Source: an uncultured delta proteobacterium (lineage in GTDB: Bacteria; Desulfobacterota; Syntrophia; Syntrophales; Smithellaceae). From it: 64,000 nt of DNA. Below are positions 12,352 through 22,755 of this stretch, piece after piece. A program made the translations under genes and the position numbers. Each line of letters opens with the position of its first letter. Positions within the stretch are counted from its first letter, which is position 1. Below the pieces are notes generated by a model that saw nothing but the letters and a program-made list of their open reading frames with translations, searched no databases and had not been told where the DNA came from. The stretch is from NCBI GenBank assembly GCA_963753975.1, contig CAVWEH010000002.1, forward strand, positions 1 to 64,000. The letters run 5' to 3'.

Positions 12352-13284
12352 ATGTATTTACAGCGAACATTAAAAAAGGAAATAAATTGTTCCAGTGTTG
12401 GATTGCATACTGGACGAAAAGTTAACATGAGGATAAAACCGGCGCATGTAGATGCAGGTATTATCTTTAAGCGTAATGATTTGCCCGATACCCCTTCAAT
12501 TCGGGCGGAGTTTAATAATGTCTGTGACACTACATTGGCAACTTCATTGGGAAGTAATGGCGTCACTGTTGCTACCGTTGAGCATATCCTTTCAGCTTTC
12601 AGCGGTATGGGTGTGGACAATGCCGTTGTCGAGCTGGATTCCTTCGAAGTTCCTATTATGGACGGCAGCGCTCTTCCCTTCGTAAATCTCCTGAAAGAAG
12701 TGGGTACTCATGCACAAGGAAAAACAAAGAAACTTCTGCTAATTAAAAAGCCTGTCTCGGTAGCGGAAAAAGAAGGTAGTGCTGTTTTACTCCCTGCTGA
12801 AGAATTCAAAATTACTTATGAAATTGATTTCCAGCACGCCATAATCGGCAGGCAATCTTTTAGCATGACTTTTTCTGATGAAAAATATGAAAAGGAAATT
12901 TGTTCCGCCCGTACATTCGGTTTTTTAAGAGAAGTCGAATATTTGCAGGCAAAAGGTTTGGGACTGGGAGGATCGCTGGAAAATGCTATCGTTCTTGACG
13001 ATCAGAAAATTATTAATAAAGACGGCCTTCGTTTTCCCGATGAGTTTGTGAAACATAAGATTCTCGATGCCATTGGTGATTTGTTTTTGCTGGGTATGCC
13101 GATTATTGGTCATTTTGTGGCTATCAGGTCAGGCCATCGCTTGAATAATCTATTGCTCAAAGAATTGATGTCCAAAACAGATTGCTGGGAAATTGTCAGT
13201 TGTATCAATAAAGATGAAAGTACCCACAAGATCGGTTCATTAAAGATTCCCTCCTTCAGAATTCTGGACGCCGTTCAGATTTAA
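12352..13284 (+). CDS. lpxC: UDP-3-O-acyl-N-acetylglucosamine deacetylase
   Basis: QRTLK, VGLHTG, TVEHILSA, PIMDGSA, ARTFGF, HKILDAIGDL, GHRLN. Confidence 0.98.
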   Translation: MYLQRTLKKEINCSSVGLHTGRKVNMRIKPAHVDAGIIFKRNDLPDTPSIRAEFNNVCDTTLATSLGSNGVTVATVEHILSAFSGMGVDNAVVELDSFEVPIMDGSALPFVNLLKEVGTHAQGKTKKLLLIKKPVSVAEKEGSAVLLPAEEFKITYEIDFQHAIIGRQSFSMTFSDEKYEKEICSARTFGFLREVEYLQAKGLGLGGSLENAIVLDDQKIINKDGLRFPDEFVKHKILDAIGDLFLLGMPIIGHFVAIRSGHRLNNLLLKELMSKTDCWEIVSCINKDESTHKIGSLKIPSFRILDAVQI

Positions 13285-13624
13285 ACCAAATTAATCTTGA
13301 TTTTTATCGTTATGTTACCTAGTATATAACCCTTTAAAATTTTTTATAATTAAGAGCAGGGCGTGTGGGGCCGTCTTTTCCGGCAAAAGCACCGATTTTG
13401 CACCATATTAAGAATAAAATTATAGTGCATCTTCCCATCTGCCGTACTATGCTGTTATTAAGCGTATTAACGGGGCGAAGGCGCCATGCTAGTACTGTTT
13501 GTCCATGAGGGAATGCCGTCCCTGGCGTCGTTGATAATGATTGTATCTAGGGTACTTATTAGAAGTTAATCCTTGTGAAATATATGATTATGTTTTTCTT
13601 AAATTTGCAGGAAGTTGACATATT

Positions 13625-14197
13625 ATGGAAAAGATAAAAAAATATTTTCATGCCGGAATTTTTGTTTCTTTGTTCATTTTTGCAGGTTGGCCGATAAAAG
13701 CGCAGGCTATTGAACCGAGAATAACGGATATTTTGATTAGTAATAATGCCGAAAACGTCCTTTTATATGCGCATTTGATAAACGGCTTTAAACCGGAAAT
13801 GGAATCGGCAATTCTTGCCGGCGTTCCCACAGTCTTTACTCTACAACTCGACGTTTATAAAGTAAGATCCTATATTTGGAATAAAAAAATAAATAGCCAA
13901 GAAATTAAGCGTATTATAAAGTACGATAATCTTCAAAAAACCTTCAGCATTTACACTACCGGCAATCCGGAGCCGTCTATTTTTCCTGATTTTGAAAGCG
14001 CTCAAAATGCCATGGCGGATTTTAGTGGAATTATAGCGACTCCTATATCTTTTCTGGAGAGAGGGAAAAATTATTATCTGGAGATGAAAATAAAAATAGA
14101 TAAGGTGCGTTTGCCTTTGCACATGGAATATATCTTTTTCTTCGTATCTTTTTGGGATTTTGAAACAGATTGGTATCGACGAAATTTTACTTACTAA
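13625..14197 (+). CDS. DUF4390 family periplasmic protein
   Basis: Signal peptide, AILAGVP, C-terminal FVSFWDFETDW; usual position upstream of ntrY. Confidence 0.8.
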   Translation: MEKIKKYFHAGIFVSLFIFAGWPIKAQAIEPRITDILISNNAENVLLYAHLINGFKPEMESAILAGVPTVFTLQLDVYKVRSYIWNKKINSQEIKRIIKYDNLQKTFSIYTTGNPEPSIFPDFESAQNAMADFSGIIATPISFLERGKNYYLEMKIKIDKVRLPLHMEYIFFFVSFWDFETDWYRRNFTY

Positions 14198-14244
14198 TAG
14201 CTTATTTCTCAAGAAATAATGAAGGGGATTGAACTGAATAGTCA

Positions 14245-16461
14245 ATGGAAAAAAAAAGAAAAAGAATTAATATTGATGAAAAGGAATTAAGAAAACGGCG
14301 GCGTGAGCGGATTATTATGGTCGTTGTCGGCGTTTTAGCCATTACTTTCACCTTAATAGCCAGCCATTTGTTCAACAAAGATGATTTACCCATAACGACA
14401 AATATCTTTGTTTACGGTCTCACCAGCATTAATGTTATCTTAATAATATTATTGCTTTTTCTGATTGTCCGGAATGTTGTCAAGCTTTTTTACGAGCACC
14501 GCCGCGGCATTATTGGTTCAAAATTAAGGACAAAGCTTGTAACTGCTTTTGTCGGTTTATCCCTTGTGCCGACCGTCTTACTTTTCTTGTTTGCCATGAA
14601 TTTTCTTTCTTACAGCATTGAGTTTTGGTTCAATATTAAGATTGGTGATGCATTGAACCGGTCGCTGGAAGTGGCGCAAGTTTATTACGAGCAAATGGCG
14701 GAACAGGCAAAGTTTAACGCCCGTCAAATAAGCGCTGATATTACCAAAAACCGTCTTTACGAAAGAGAGCGGGTGGAATATTTAAAAAGTTTTATCGGAC
14801 AACGTCAAAAAAATTATAAATTGGGCATGGTCGAAACTTATTTTGACTTTCAAAAAGCAAATATGGTCTTTGCCGATCCTGAACATCCGGAACTGGTTCC
14901 GTTAAGTCTCGTTCCCAAAATGTTGGAAGATATTTATTCCGGCAAAGAAGCATCGGCAATACAACCAACGAATGCCGGAGAGGAAATTGTCGGCGTTGTC
15001 CCTGTTTTTTCTTTTGCCGTACCCTCGGAAGTGATTGGCCGTATTTCAGTAAGTTATAGCGTGCCTAAAGGTTTTGTGGATAAACTCCGAAGCATTGCTG
15101 ACGCTTCGGAACAATATGGACAGATAAATATTCTAAAAAATCCCATTAAATTCAATTATCTAATCACATTGTCTATAGTGACACTGGTAATTATATTTTT
15201 GGCGACATGGTTTGGCCTTACTCTAGCCAGCGGAATTACCGGACCTATTCAAGATCTAGCGCAGGCCACCAATAAGATTACGCAGGGTGATTTGGACATC
15301 CAAATTGATATTGAAGCGGACGATGAAATAGGATTGCTGGTAAAATCTTTTAATCAAATGACCAAAGATTTGAAGAAAAGTAAAAATGGTTTGGAAGAAG
15401 CTAACCTAAGTTTGGAACAACGGCGCAAATATATGGAAGCAGTTTTGCGCAATGTGTCCGCGGGCATTATTTCTATGGATGGGAATGGGATGATCACCAC
15501 AATTAATCATGCTGCGGAAAAAATGTTTGATCTTGATCCCGCCAATATCCTGTTTCATAACTACCGTGATTTGATGATACCGGAACATCTAATCCTCGTT
15601 GAAGAATTTCTACAAGAAATGAAAGAAAACAATGAAAGTATATTGGAAAAACAGCTGGAACTTGTACTCCAGGATAAGGCTCTTACTATACTTCTCACCA
15701 TTACAAAAATTAAAGATGAGGACGGCAACGATTCCGGCATCGTTGTGGTATTTGAAGATTTAACTCAGCTGCAAAGGGCAGAGCGTGCTGCCGCCTGGCG
15801 TGAAGTAGCAAGGCGTATGGCTCATGAGATCAAGAACCCATTAACACCTGTACAGCTTTCTGCACAACGGCTACAACGAAAATATGGAGATAAGTTAGGT
15901 GAAGAGGGTTCTGTCTTTAAAGAATGCACTCAGATAATTATTGATCAGGTAGAAGTATTAAAAAAGTTGGTCAATGAATTTTCCCGTTATGCACGCATGC
16001 CCGTTACCACTCCGACATTGAATGACCTGAATGAGGTGGCTGCGGATTCTGTTTTACTCTTTCAGGATGCCCATAAGGATATAGTATTTGAATTGAACAA
16101 GTCTGAAGGATTGCCAAAGTTTGAATTTGATGCCGAGCAAATTAATCGAGTTCTGATTAATTTGCTGGATAATGCCGTCGCGGCGATTAATAAAAAAGAA
16201 GGCCGGATTGAAATTCAGGTAAGTTATGACGAACAACACCGTAAGGCCGTAGTGGCAGTTGCCGATGATGGCCCGGGGGTTCCGTCAAGTTACAAACGGA
16301 AGGTATTTGATCCATATTTTTCAACTAAAAAATCAGGCACCGGTTTGGGTTTGGCAATCGTCAGCTCGATAATTTCGGACCATCATGGCCAGGTAAGTGT
16401 ATCGGACAACAACCCCACGGGGACGGTTGTTTCTTTTCAATTGCCGGTTTCCGGAGTTTAA
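14245..16461 (+). CDS. ntrY: NtrY-like sensor histidine kinase (HAMP, PAS, HisKA, HATPase)
   Basis: GSKLRTKLV, AAWREVARRMAHEIKNPLTPVQLSAQRL, N/G boxes. Confidence 0.92.
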   Translation: MEKKRKRINIDEKELRKRRRERIIMVVVGVLAITFTLIASHLFNKDDLPITTNIFVYGLTSINVILIILLLFLIVRNVVKLFYEHRRGIIGSKLRTKLVTAFVGLSLVPTVLLFLFAMNFLSYSIEFWFNIKIGDALNRSLEVAQVYYEQMAEQAKFNARQISADITKNRLYERERVEYLKSFIGQRQKNYKLGMVETYFDFQKANMVFADPEHPELVPLSLVPKMLEDIYSGKEASAIQPTNAGEEIVGVVPVFSFAVPSEVIGRISVSYSVPKGFVDKLRSIADASEQYGQINILKNPIKFNYLITLSIVTLVIIFLATWFGLTLASGITGPIQDLAQATNKITQGDLDIQIDIEADDEIGLLVKSFNQMTKDLKKSKNGLEEANLSLEQRRKYMEAVLRNVSAGIISMDGNGMITTINHAAEKMFDLDPANILFHNYRDLMIPEHLILVEEFLQEMKENNESILEKQLELVLQDKALTILLTITKIKDEDGNDSGIVVVFEDLTQLQRAERAAAWREVARRMAHEIKNPLTPVQLSAQRLQRKYGDKLGEEGSVFKECTQIIIDQVEVLKKLVNEFSRYARMPVTTPTLNDLNEVAADSVLLFQDAHKDIVFELNKSEGLPKFEFDAEQINRVLINLLDNAVAAINKKEGRIEIQVSYDEQHRKAVVAVADDGPGVPSSYKRKVFDPYFSTKKSGTGLGLAIVSSIISDHHGQVSVSDNNPTGTVVSFQLPVSGV

Positions 16462-16501
16462 AATATATGTTAAAAAAGTAACTGGATGAAAAAAAATAAT
16501 T

Positions 16502-17866
16502 ATGAACGAAACAATTCTTATAGTTGATGATGAAGAGAGCATTTGCCAGTCGTTAAAGGCTATCTTAAGCGACGAAGGACATCAAGTGATAGTGGCGGAC
16601 AGTGGCGAAGCTGCCATTAAAATTGTTGAGGAAGAAATGCCGAGGCTGGTATTGTTGGATATCTGGCTGCCGGGTATGGATGGCTTGCAAACACTAAAAA
16701 CAATTAAATCCGAACACCCTGATGTATTGGTAATTATGATGTCCGGCCATGGTACAATTGAAACCGCAGTTAAAGCAACAAAACTGGGCGCCTTTGACTT
16801 TATTGAAAAGCCTCTCTCCCTCGATAAGGTCATAATCATGGTAAATAACGCTCTCAATGTAATTCGTTTGGAAGAGGAAAACATTTTATTGAAGCAAAAA
16901 GTATCTCACCAATACGAATTGACCGGTATTAGCCCGCAAATAACGGAACTCAAAGAAATGATCGGTATTGTTGCTCCTACCAATGCCTGGATTTTGATTA
17001 TGGGGGAGAACGGTACGGGGAAGGAATTGGTGGCGCGCTCCATACACCACCTAAGCCGGAGGTCTAACAAACCCATTGTCGAAGTCAATTGTGCTGCTAT
17101 ACCGGAAGAGCTTATCGAAAGTGAATTATTCGGGCACGAAAAAGGATCCTTCACGGGAGCCACGGAAAAAAAGCGTGGTAAATTCGATCTGGCCCATGAA
17201 GGCACGATCTTTCTCGATGAAGTAGCCGATATGAGCTTGAAAGCGCAAGCGAAGATCTTACGGATACTGCAGGAAAAGAAGTTTGAAAGAGTCGGCGGGA
17301 ATAAGTTAATCGATATGGATGTGCGGGTTTTAGCGGCAACAAATAAAGACCTGGAAAAAGAAATGGAGGTGGGACGTTTCCGTAACGATCTTTATTACCG
17401 TTTGCATGTTATTCCTCTGCGCGTTCCGCCACTGCGTGAAAGAAAGGAAGATATTAAACCGTTGGCGGAGCGTTTCCTACTGGATGCCGCCGTCAAAGAG
17501 GGTCAGGAGCCGAAGACCTTAACCGACGACGCATTGGCGTTGTTGATGGAACATAATTGGCCCGGCAATGTACGGGAGTTGAAGAATATTATAGAGAGGC
17601 TGATAATCCTAACTCCTACTAATGAAATAACTATCAAAGATGTTCCTCTTTTGAATATCAAGGCGGAAGAAACAAAACCTCCTTGCCTCGATAATATGAT
17701 TACCGATTCTCTAAAAAACGCGAAAATGGATTTTGAAAAGCACTTTATTTTAAAGAAACTGGAAGAAAATGAAGGTAATATTTCGAAAACCGCGGAAGCG
17801 ATTGGCTTGGAGCGCAGCAATCTGCACAAGAAGCTGAAAAGCTTTAAAGTGGCTCTTAAAGAATAA
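16502..17866 (+). CDS. ntrX: NtrX-like sigma54-dependent response regulator (REC-AAA-HTH)
   Basis: LLDIWLPGMDG, GENGTGKE, ESELFGHEKGSFTGA, WPGNVRELKN, C-terminal Fis-type HTH. Confidence 0.93.
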   Translation: MNETILIVDDEESICQSLKAILSDEGHQVIVADSGEAAIKIVEEEMPRLVLLDIWLPGMDGLQTLKTIKSEHPDVLVIMMSGHGTIETAVKATKLGAFDFIEKPLSLDKVIIMVNNALNVIRLEEENILLKQKVSHQYELTGISPQITELKEMIGIVAPTNAWILIMGENGTGKELVARSIHHLSRRSNKPIVEVNCAAIPEELIESELFGHEKGSFTGATEKKRGKFDLAHEGTIFLDEVADMSLKAQAKILRILQEKKFERVGGNKLIDMDVRVLAATNKDLEKEMEVGRFRNDLYYRLHVIPLRVPPLRERKEDIKPLAERFLLDAAVKEGQEPKTLTDDALALLMEHNWPGNVRELKNIIERLIILTPTNEITIKDVPLLNIKAEETKPPCLDNMITDSLKNAKMDFEKHFILKKLEENEGNISKTAEAIGLERSNLHKKLKSFKVALKE

Positions 17867-17904
17867 TGGAGCGCGCAATTGAGCTGCCGACGATTTTATT
17901 TGAA

Positions 17905-18897
17905 TTATGTGTTCAATTTATTTTGATTCAGTTGCTTTTTCACGTCAGAAATAGAAAATTTATTGAAGGGAAGAAAGATAACTCCGAGAACAATTACAAG
18001 GGCTATGGACAGGAAGTGGTAAACAACCGCAAAAGAAAATGCCGCGGGCTTGGCGACACCGAAAATATTTAATCCCAGGATACAGGCATAATGCCAGTTG
18101 CCGATATAACCAGGAGCCGTGGGAATGGCAATACCGACAATGAGAATGATCATCACAACAAAGGAAGCCATTACCGGCAAGGTGGTAAACCCAAAAGCTA
18201 AAAACAACACATAAATTGCCAGAACGTCCACCAGCCATACTAAGGCCGATAGTAAAAATAAATATAGCAATATCTTTACATTGCCGACCACCTGAAAACC
18301 GTCAATGAAATGATGGATCAATTCATCTATCTTATGAGTAAATTTTCCGGGTAGCCTGCTCAAAATTCGGTTGATAACCCTCATAGATGCGTCTCTGCGC
18401 CAGACCAGTCCAACAATGAAAAAAAATATCAACAGAGTCAGGAATAAAAAAATAACGCTTGATTTAATCATCCAGGGAGGTAAATCGTTAAGAAAAATTA
18501 CGACAAAGGCAATAGCCAGCACGGAAAAGCTATCTAATGCTCTTTCCACAATTACAGTGCCTAGCGCCGCCGACATTTTTATTGTGCTTCTTTTAGAGAT
18601 GAGATACGGCCGGGCCAGTTCACCGATGCGTGCGGGAATTGCGGCTATGGCTAAAAACCCTACAGAGGTAACCGAAAAAAGCGAAAGCTGAGGGATCTTT
18701 TCCAGAGGTTGTAAAATTACCCCCCAGCGGTAAGATCGCAGCACTTGCAGTAAAAAGATAATCAAAACAAATAGGGCGACATAAGGGAGACGGATTTTTT
18801 CTAAATCAACAAGAATATCCCTGAAATTTATTCCGCTTACAGATAAATAAACTAGAACAACACTAAGGAGAATGCCGAAAAATATTTTTTTATTCAT
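17905..18897 (-). CDS. Lysylphosphatidylglycerol synthase TM domain / flippase-like protein (UPF0104)
   Basis: LRSYRW, PARIGELARP, VIVERALD, IPTAPGYIG; multi-TM. Confidence 0.85.
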   Translation of the reverse strand: MNKKIFFGILLSVVLVYLSVSGINFRDILVDLEKIRLPYVALFVLIIFLLQVLRSYRWGVILQPLEKIPQLSLFSVTSVGFLAIAAIPARIGELARPYLISKRSTIKMSAALGTVIVERALDSFSVLAIAFVVIFLNDLPPWMIKSSVIFLFLTLLIFFFIVGLVWRRDASMRVINRILSRLPGKFTHKIDELIHHFIDGFQVVGNVKILLYLFLLSALVWLVDVLAIYVLFLAFGFTTLPVMASFVVMIILIVGIAIPTAPGYIGNWHYACILGLNIFGVAKPAAFSFAVVYHFLSIALVIVLGVIFLPFNKFSISDVKKQLNQNKLNT

Positions 18898-18928
18898 TTT
18901 TTCCCGGCGTGAAAAATTTTATCATTTG

Positions 18929-19330
18929 TTAGTTTTTGGCCAGGTTGTCGGCGATTTTATCATGCAAAAGCTGAGAGGATAGTTTATTGCCGAGTAAGCC
19001 CACGCGTATGGAAACGGTAGTAAAATTCTTCGATTTATAAGTTATGTCGAATTTAACCTTTTCGTCATTGATCACCGTCGTAATTTTTCCCTCGGCGATT
19101 TCCTTTACGGGAACGACTTCAGTGCCGCGCATATCTGCTATTGTTTTCTCGCAGGCATTCCAAGTCTTATCAAAAGATGCATTATAATCAGTTTTCATTT
19201 CACCGCTAACGTAGAAATAAGTTCCCGTACCGGCTCCTACTGCGGCACCGCCAACAACAAGGGCAGCGCAGCCCGAGAAAAGAAAGACAATAATCGATAA
19301 GAGAATAAGAGCAATGGGATTTCTTTTCAT
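18929..19330 (-). CDS. DUF3568-like lipoprotein
   Basis: Start chosen at MKRNP after a GGAGG RBS; lipobox LFSGC, Gly-rich segment, VSIRVGLLG. Confidence 0.75.
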   Translation of the reverse strand: MKRNPIALILLSIIVFLFSGCAALVVGGAAVGAGTGTYFYVSGEMKTDYNASFDKTWNACEKTIADMRGTEVVPVKEIAEGKITTVINDEKVKFDITYKSKNFTTVSIRVGLLGNKLSSQLLHDKIADNLAKN

Positions 19331-19597
19331 GTTTCGTCCTCCAGTGATTATTACATTGCAATTTTTAATCACATGTTTACCGTTATTGCAATAATTATTA
19401 TATGACAACACTGATTTTGCTTTTGTTTAAGATTGCGTTGCTTAGGTCATCTTTGTAATATTTTTCTCAAAAGATGAAATATATGTGTTTAATTTTTATT
19501 TCGTATTGACGTTCTGTGGAAAGGTAATATTGCCGGGATTAACTTTTTTGCCGATGACTTTCGGCTGACAACAAAGTAACTTTCCCGCAGGTAGGTG

Positions 19598-20662
19598 TTA
19601 GTTGACGGGTGGGCTTAGTTTATCAAATTCTTTTAAAAGTTCTTCTTGTTTTTTGCTAAGATCGGTAGGTGTGTGCACAAATATTTCGATGATTTGATCA
19701 CCGCGTCCAAAACCGCGTACATGAGGAATACCTTTGCCCTTCAGCCGCAAGGTTTTACCGGTTTGAGTCCCTTTGGAGATTTTTATTTTTTCATTATCCT
19801 GAAGGGTAGGAACTTCAATTGTTGCCCCCAATGCAGCCTGAACGAAGGAAATGGGGACGCGGCAAATTATGTCGTCGCCTGATCTGGTAAAGTACTCATG
19901 TTCTTCGACATGTAAAAAGACATATAAATCTCCACTGGGCCCGCCATGATTGCCTGATTCGCCCTCGCCGTGCAAACGCAAACGAGAACCGGCTTCCACG
20001 CCGGCGGGAATTTTTAGCTGAACAGTCTTTGTGATTTTTTCCTGACCAGTACCTCTACATGTTTTGCATGGTTTAGAGATTAATTTGCCGTGGCCTTGGC
20101 ATTCAGGGCAGGTGGAACTAATTGTGAAGAATCCGCTGGCTTGGATTACTTGACCGCGCCCTTGACATGTCCGGCATGTTTCCGGAGAAGTTCCCGGTGC
20201 GGCTCCGGTGCCTAGGCATTCATGGCAGGTGGCTAGTTTTTCCAGTTCAATTGTTGTGGTCAGTCCAAAGGCGGCATCAAGGAAAGAAATTTTCAGATCA
20301 TAACGCAGGTCAGCTCCGGTACGTACGAATGAATGCTGTCCGCCTCTTACCCCGCTAATCCCAAAAACATCCTCAAAAATATCACTGAAATGAGAAAAAA
20401 TATCGTCAAAACCGCTAAAACCTCTGAAGCCGGTACTGCTTAAACCTTCATGACCGTAATGGTCATAGATATCCCTCTTTTGTTTATCGCTTAATACTTC
20501 GTAAGCTTCAGCCGCTTCTTTGAATTGTTCTTCCGCTTTTTTATCGCCCGGATTTCTATCCGGATGGTATTTCATTGCTCTTTTACGGTAATTCTTCTTT
20601 ATTTCTTCATCTGAAGCTGTCGGTGTTACGCCGAGAATTTCATAATAGTCTCTTTTTGTCAT
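19598..20662 (-). CDS. dnaJ: Molecular chaperone DnaJ
   Basis: [17 protein letters not shown] region, four CxxCxGxG repeats. Confidence 0.96.
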   Translation of the reverse strand: MTKRDYYEILGVTPTASDEEIKKNYRKRAMKYHPDRNPGDKKAEEQFKEAAEAYEVLSDKQKRDIYDHYGHEGLSSTGFRGFSGFDDIFSHFSDIFEDVFGISGVRGGQHSFVRTGADLRYDLKISFLDAAFGLTTTIELEKLATCHECLGTGAAPGTSPETCRTCQGRGQVIQASGFFTISSTCPECQGHGKLISKPCKTCRGTGQEKITKTVQLKIPAGVEAGSRLRLHGEGESGNHGGPSGDLYVFLHVEEHEYFTRSGDDIICRVPISFVQAALGATIEVPTLQDNEKIKISKGTQTGKTLRLKGKGIPHVRGFGRGDQIIEIFVHTPTDLSKKQEELLKEFDKLSPPVN

Positions 20663-21057
20663 GCGCTTTTTCCATGTTTCTCCGCTTCCATAATTTTCTT
20701 GAGTGAATTTAAAGTCTCCTGATCGCCCGCTCTTTCGAGAGCATGTTGAGCAAAAGAATATTTTTTTAATGCGGCCGCTTTTCGGCCGATATTTTCCCAA
20801 TCGGTTTTATTTAGTTCCAGGTTCAGGGCTTTTGCGGCGCGTTGAAAAAGCATTACATCCCCGGCATCATAAGCCATTTCCTTTATTTTTTGCATACCTT
20901 CACGGTACTTTGCTTTTTCATAAAAATCGAGTGTATCGGAAAGGCTGCCTTCTTCGAGAAACAAATTGCCGTAATTCTGAAGAACTTCGGGGCTGGTATG
21001 ATCAACATACAATATTTTTTGTTTTAAGTTGTAATCCGGTAGTTTTCTGGAGCTCAA
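20659..21057 (-). CDS. Hypothetical helical (TPR-like) protein, overlapping the dnaJ start by 4 nt
   Basis: 132 aa ORF, RBS AGGGAG, ATGA overlap. Confidence 0.7.
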   Translation of the reverse strand: MSSRKLPDYNLKQKILYVDHTSPEVLQNYGNLFLEEGSLSDTLDFYEKAKYREGMQKIKEMAYDAGDVMLFQRAAKALNLELNKTDWENIGRKAAALKKYSFAQHALERAGDQETLNSLKKIMEAEKHGKSA

Positions 21058-21135
21058 ATGTTTCTCCCTGCAAATTTTATGTTTGATTAATCGGCAAGTT
21101 TAATGATTATTTTGTTTATGTCAACAGTTAATATA

Positions 21136-22020
21136 TTATTTTATTACCAGACGTTTTAGGGCTTCCTCGTATTTCGCTGTAGTTTTTTCAATAATTTCCG
21201 AGGGCAATTCCGGTGCGGGCGGTTTCTGGTTCCAGTTGATCGAGAGTAAATAGTCTCTCAAAAATTGTTTGTCGAAACTTTTTTGCGCTCGTCCTTCCTG
21301 GTAATCATTGCTCGGCCAGAAGCGGGAGGAATCAGGAGTGAGCAGCTCATCGATCAGGATTAATTCCTCGCCGATAAGGCCGAACTCCATTTTAGTATCG
21401 GCAATGATAATTCCGGCTTTTCTTGCAATAGACGATGCCCGCTCATATATGGCTAAAGAAATGTTTATAATTTTAGCTGTCAATTGCGCGCCAATTATAT
21501 CTTCCATTTTATTTCTGGTAATCGCTATATCATGCTGGCCTTCGGGAGCTTTGGTTGTCGGAGTAAAAATGATCTGGGGCAGACGCGAAGATTCCTTCAG
21601 TCCGGGCGGAAGCTTAATGCCCGAAATTGATTGGCTTCGCAGATAATCCTTCCAGCCGGAGCCGGAGAGGTAGCCGCGGACAATGCACTCCACCGGCAGC
21701 GGAGAGGCTTTTTTTACGAGCATGCTCCGGCCTTCCAATGCTTCTCGATAGGGAGAACATTCGGCGGGAAAATCGGCCACATTCGTTGATACAATATGGT
21801 TGCCGATAATATCTTCCATCTGTTGGAACCAAAAAGCGGACATGCGGGTTAAGATCACGCCTTTGCCGGGAATCGGATTGGGCATAATAACATCAAAAGC
21901 GGAAATACGGTCTGTGGCCACGATCAGTAAATAATCTTTTACGGCGTAAATATCGCGAACTTTGCCGCGATTAATAAACTTCAACTGGGTGAAATTGGTC
22001 TGCTGCATGCTTTTTTTCAT
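21136..22020 (-). CDS. purC: SAICAR synthase
   Basis: [50 protein letters not shown]. Confidence 0.98.
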   Translation of the reverse strand: MKKSMQQTNFTQLKFINRGKVRDIYAVKDYLLIVATDRISAFDVIMPNPIPGKGVILTRMSAFWFQQMEDIIGNHIVSTNVADFPAECSPYREALEGRSMLVKKASPLPVECIVRGYLSGSGWKDYLRSQSISGIKLPPGLKESSRLPQIIFTPTTKAPEGQHDIAITRNKMEDIIGAQLTAKIINISLAIYERASSIARKAGIIIADTKMEFGLIGEELILIDELLTPDSSRFWPSNDYQEGRAQKSFDKQFLRDYLLSINWNQKPPAPELPSEIIEKTTAKYEEALKRLVIK

Positions 22021-22037
22021 AAAAGGTATACTCTCCG

Positions 22038-22667
22038 TCATCTCACTGATGGATTATATTTTTTTTCATGGCCGATCGTGGAAGTAGGTGTGCGTCCGTA
22101 ATTATGTCCAGGCATAACTTTAGTATCATCCGGCAGGGTGAAGAGTTTCTTTTGAATGGCATTGTACATTATCTGCCAGGAGCCGCCCGGCAAGTCTGTT
22201 CTGCCTACCGCTTCCACAAAAAGGGTATCACCGGTGAAAATAAATCCGGGAGTATAAAGGCACATTCCGCCGGGAGAGTGCCCGGGGGTGGAAATAACTT
22301 TCAGCTCAATATTGCCCACAGAGATTATATCTCCGTCTTTAACCAGAATATCGGCAGGTGGGGACTGTTTGGCTCCGAACATCTTGAGCATCATCGCCGG
22401 TGTGGAAGTGAGCATCGGGGCGTCGTTTTCATGAATGATTATTTTAGCGCCGGTAAGCTTCTGCATTTCCGCATTTCCGCCGATGTGGTCGACATGGCCG
22501 TGAGTATTGACAATATAGTTGATCCGCAATTTATTTTGTCGGGCTTCGGCAATAATATCTTTAACATCATCCGCAGGATCAATGACCAGCGCATCACCGG
22601 TGACGGTATCTCCGAGCAAATAGGCAAAAACAGCCATGTGGCCGACCTGCTTTTGTTTTAGGAACAT
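22038..22667 (-). CDS. MBL-fold metallo-hydrolase (glyoxalase II-like)
   Basis: [27 protein letters not shown]. Confidence 0.93.
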   Translation of the reverse strand: MFLKQKQVGHMAVFAYLLGDTVTGDALVIDPADDVKDIIAEARQNKLRINYIVNTHGHVDHIGGNAEMQKLTGAKIIIHENDAPMLTSTPAMMLKMFGAKQSPPADILVKDGDIISVGNIELKVISTPGHSPGGMCLYTPGFIFTGDTLFVEAVGRTDLPGGSWQIMYNAIQKKLFTLPDDTKVMPGHNYGRTPTSTIGHEKKYNPSVR

Positions 22668-22755
22668 GAAAACTCCTCCGCAAAAAAATGTTTTGCAGGC
22701 TATCATTTTTTTGTTTCTTTCGTCAATTCAAATCAACCAAGTAAAAAAGATTACA

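Noticed and set aside
19598..20800. 400-aa DnaJ with an N-terminal extension
   Set aside because: The extension overlaps the upstream gene; the J-domain start at 20662 has a typical ATGA overlap
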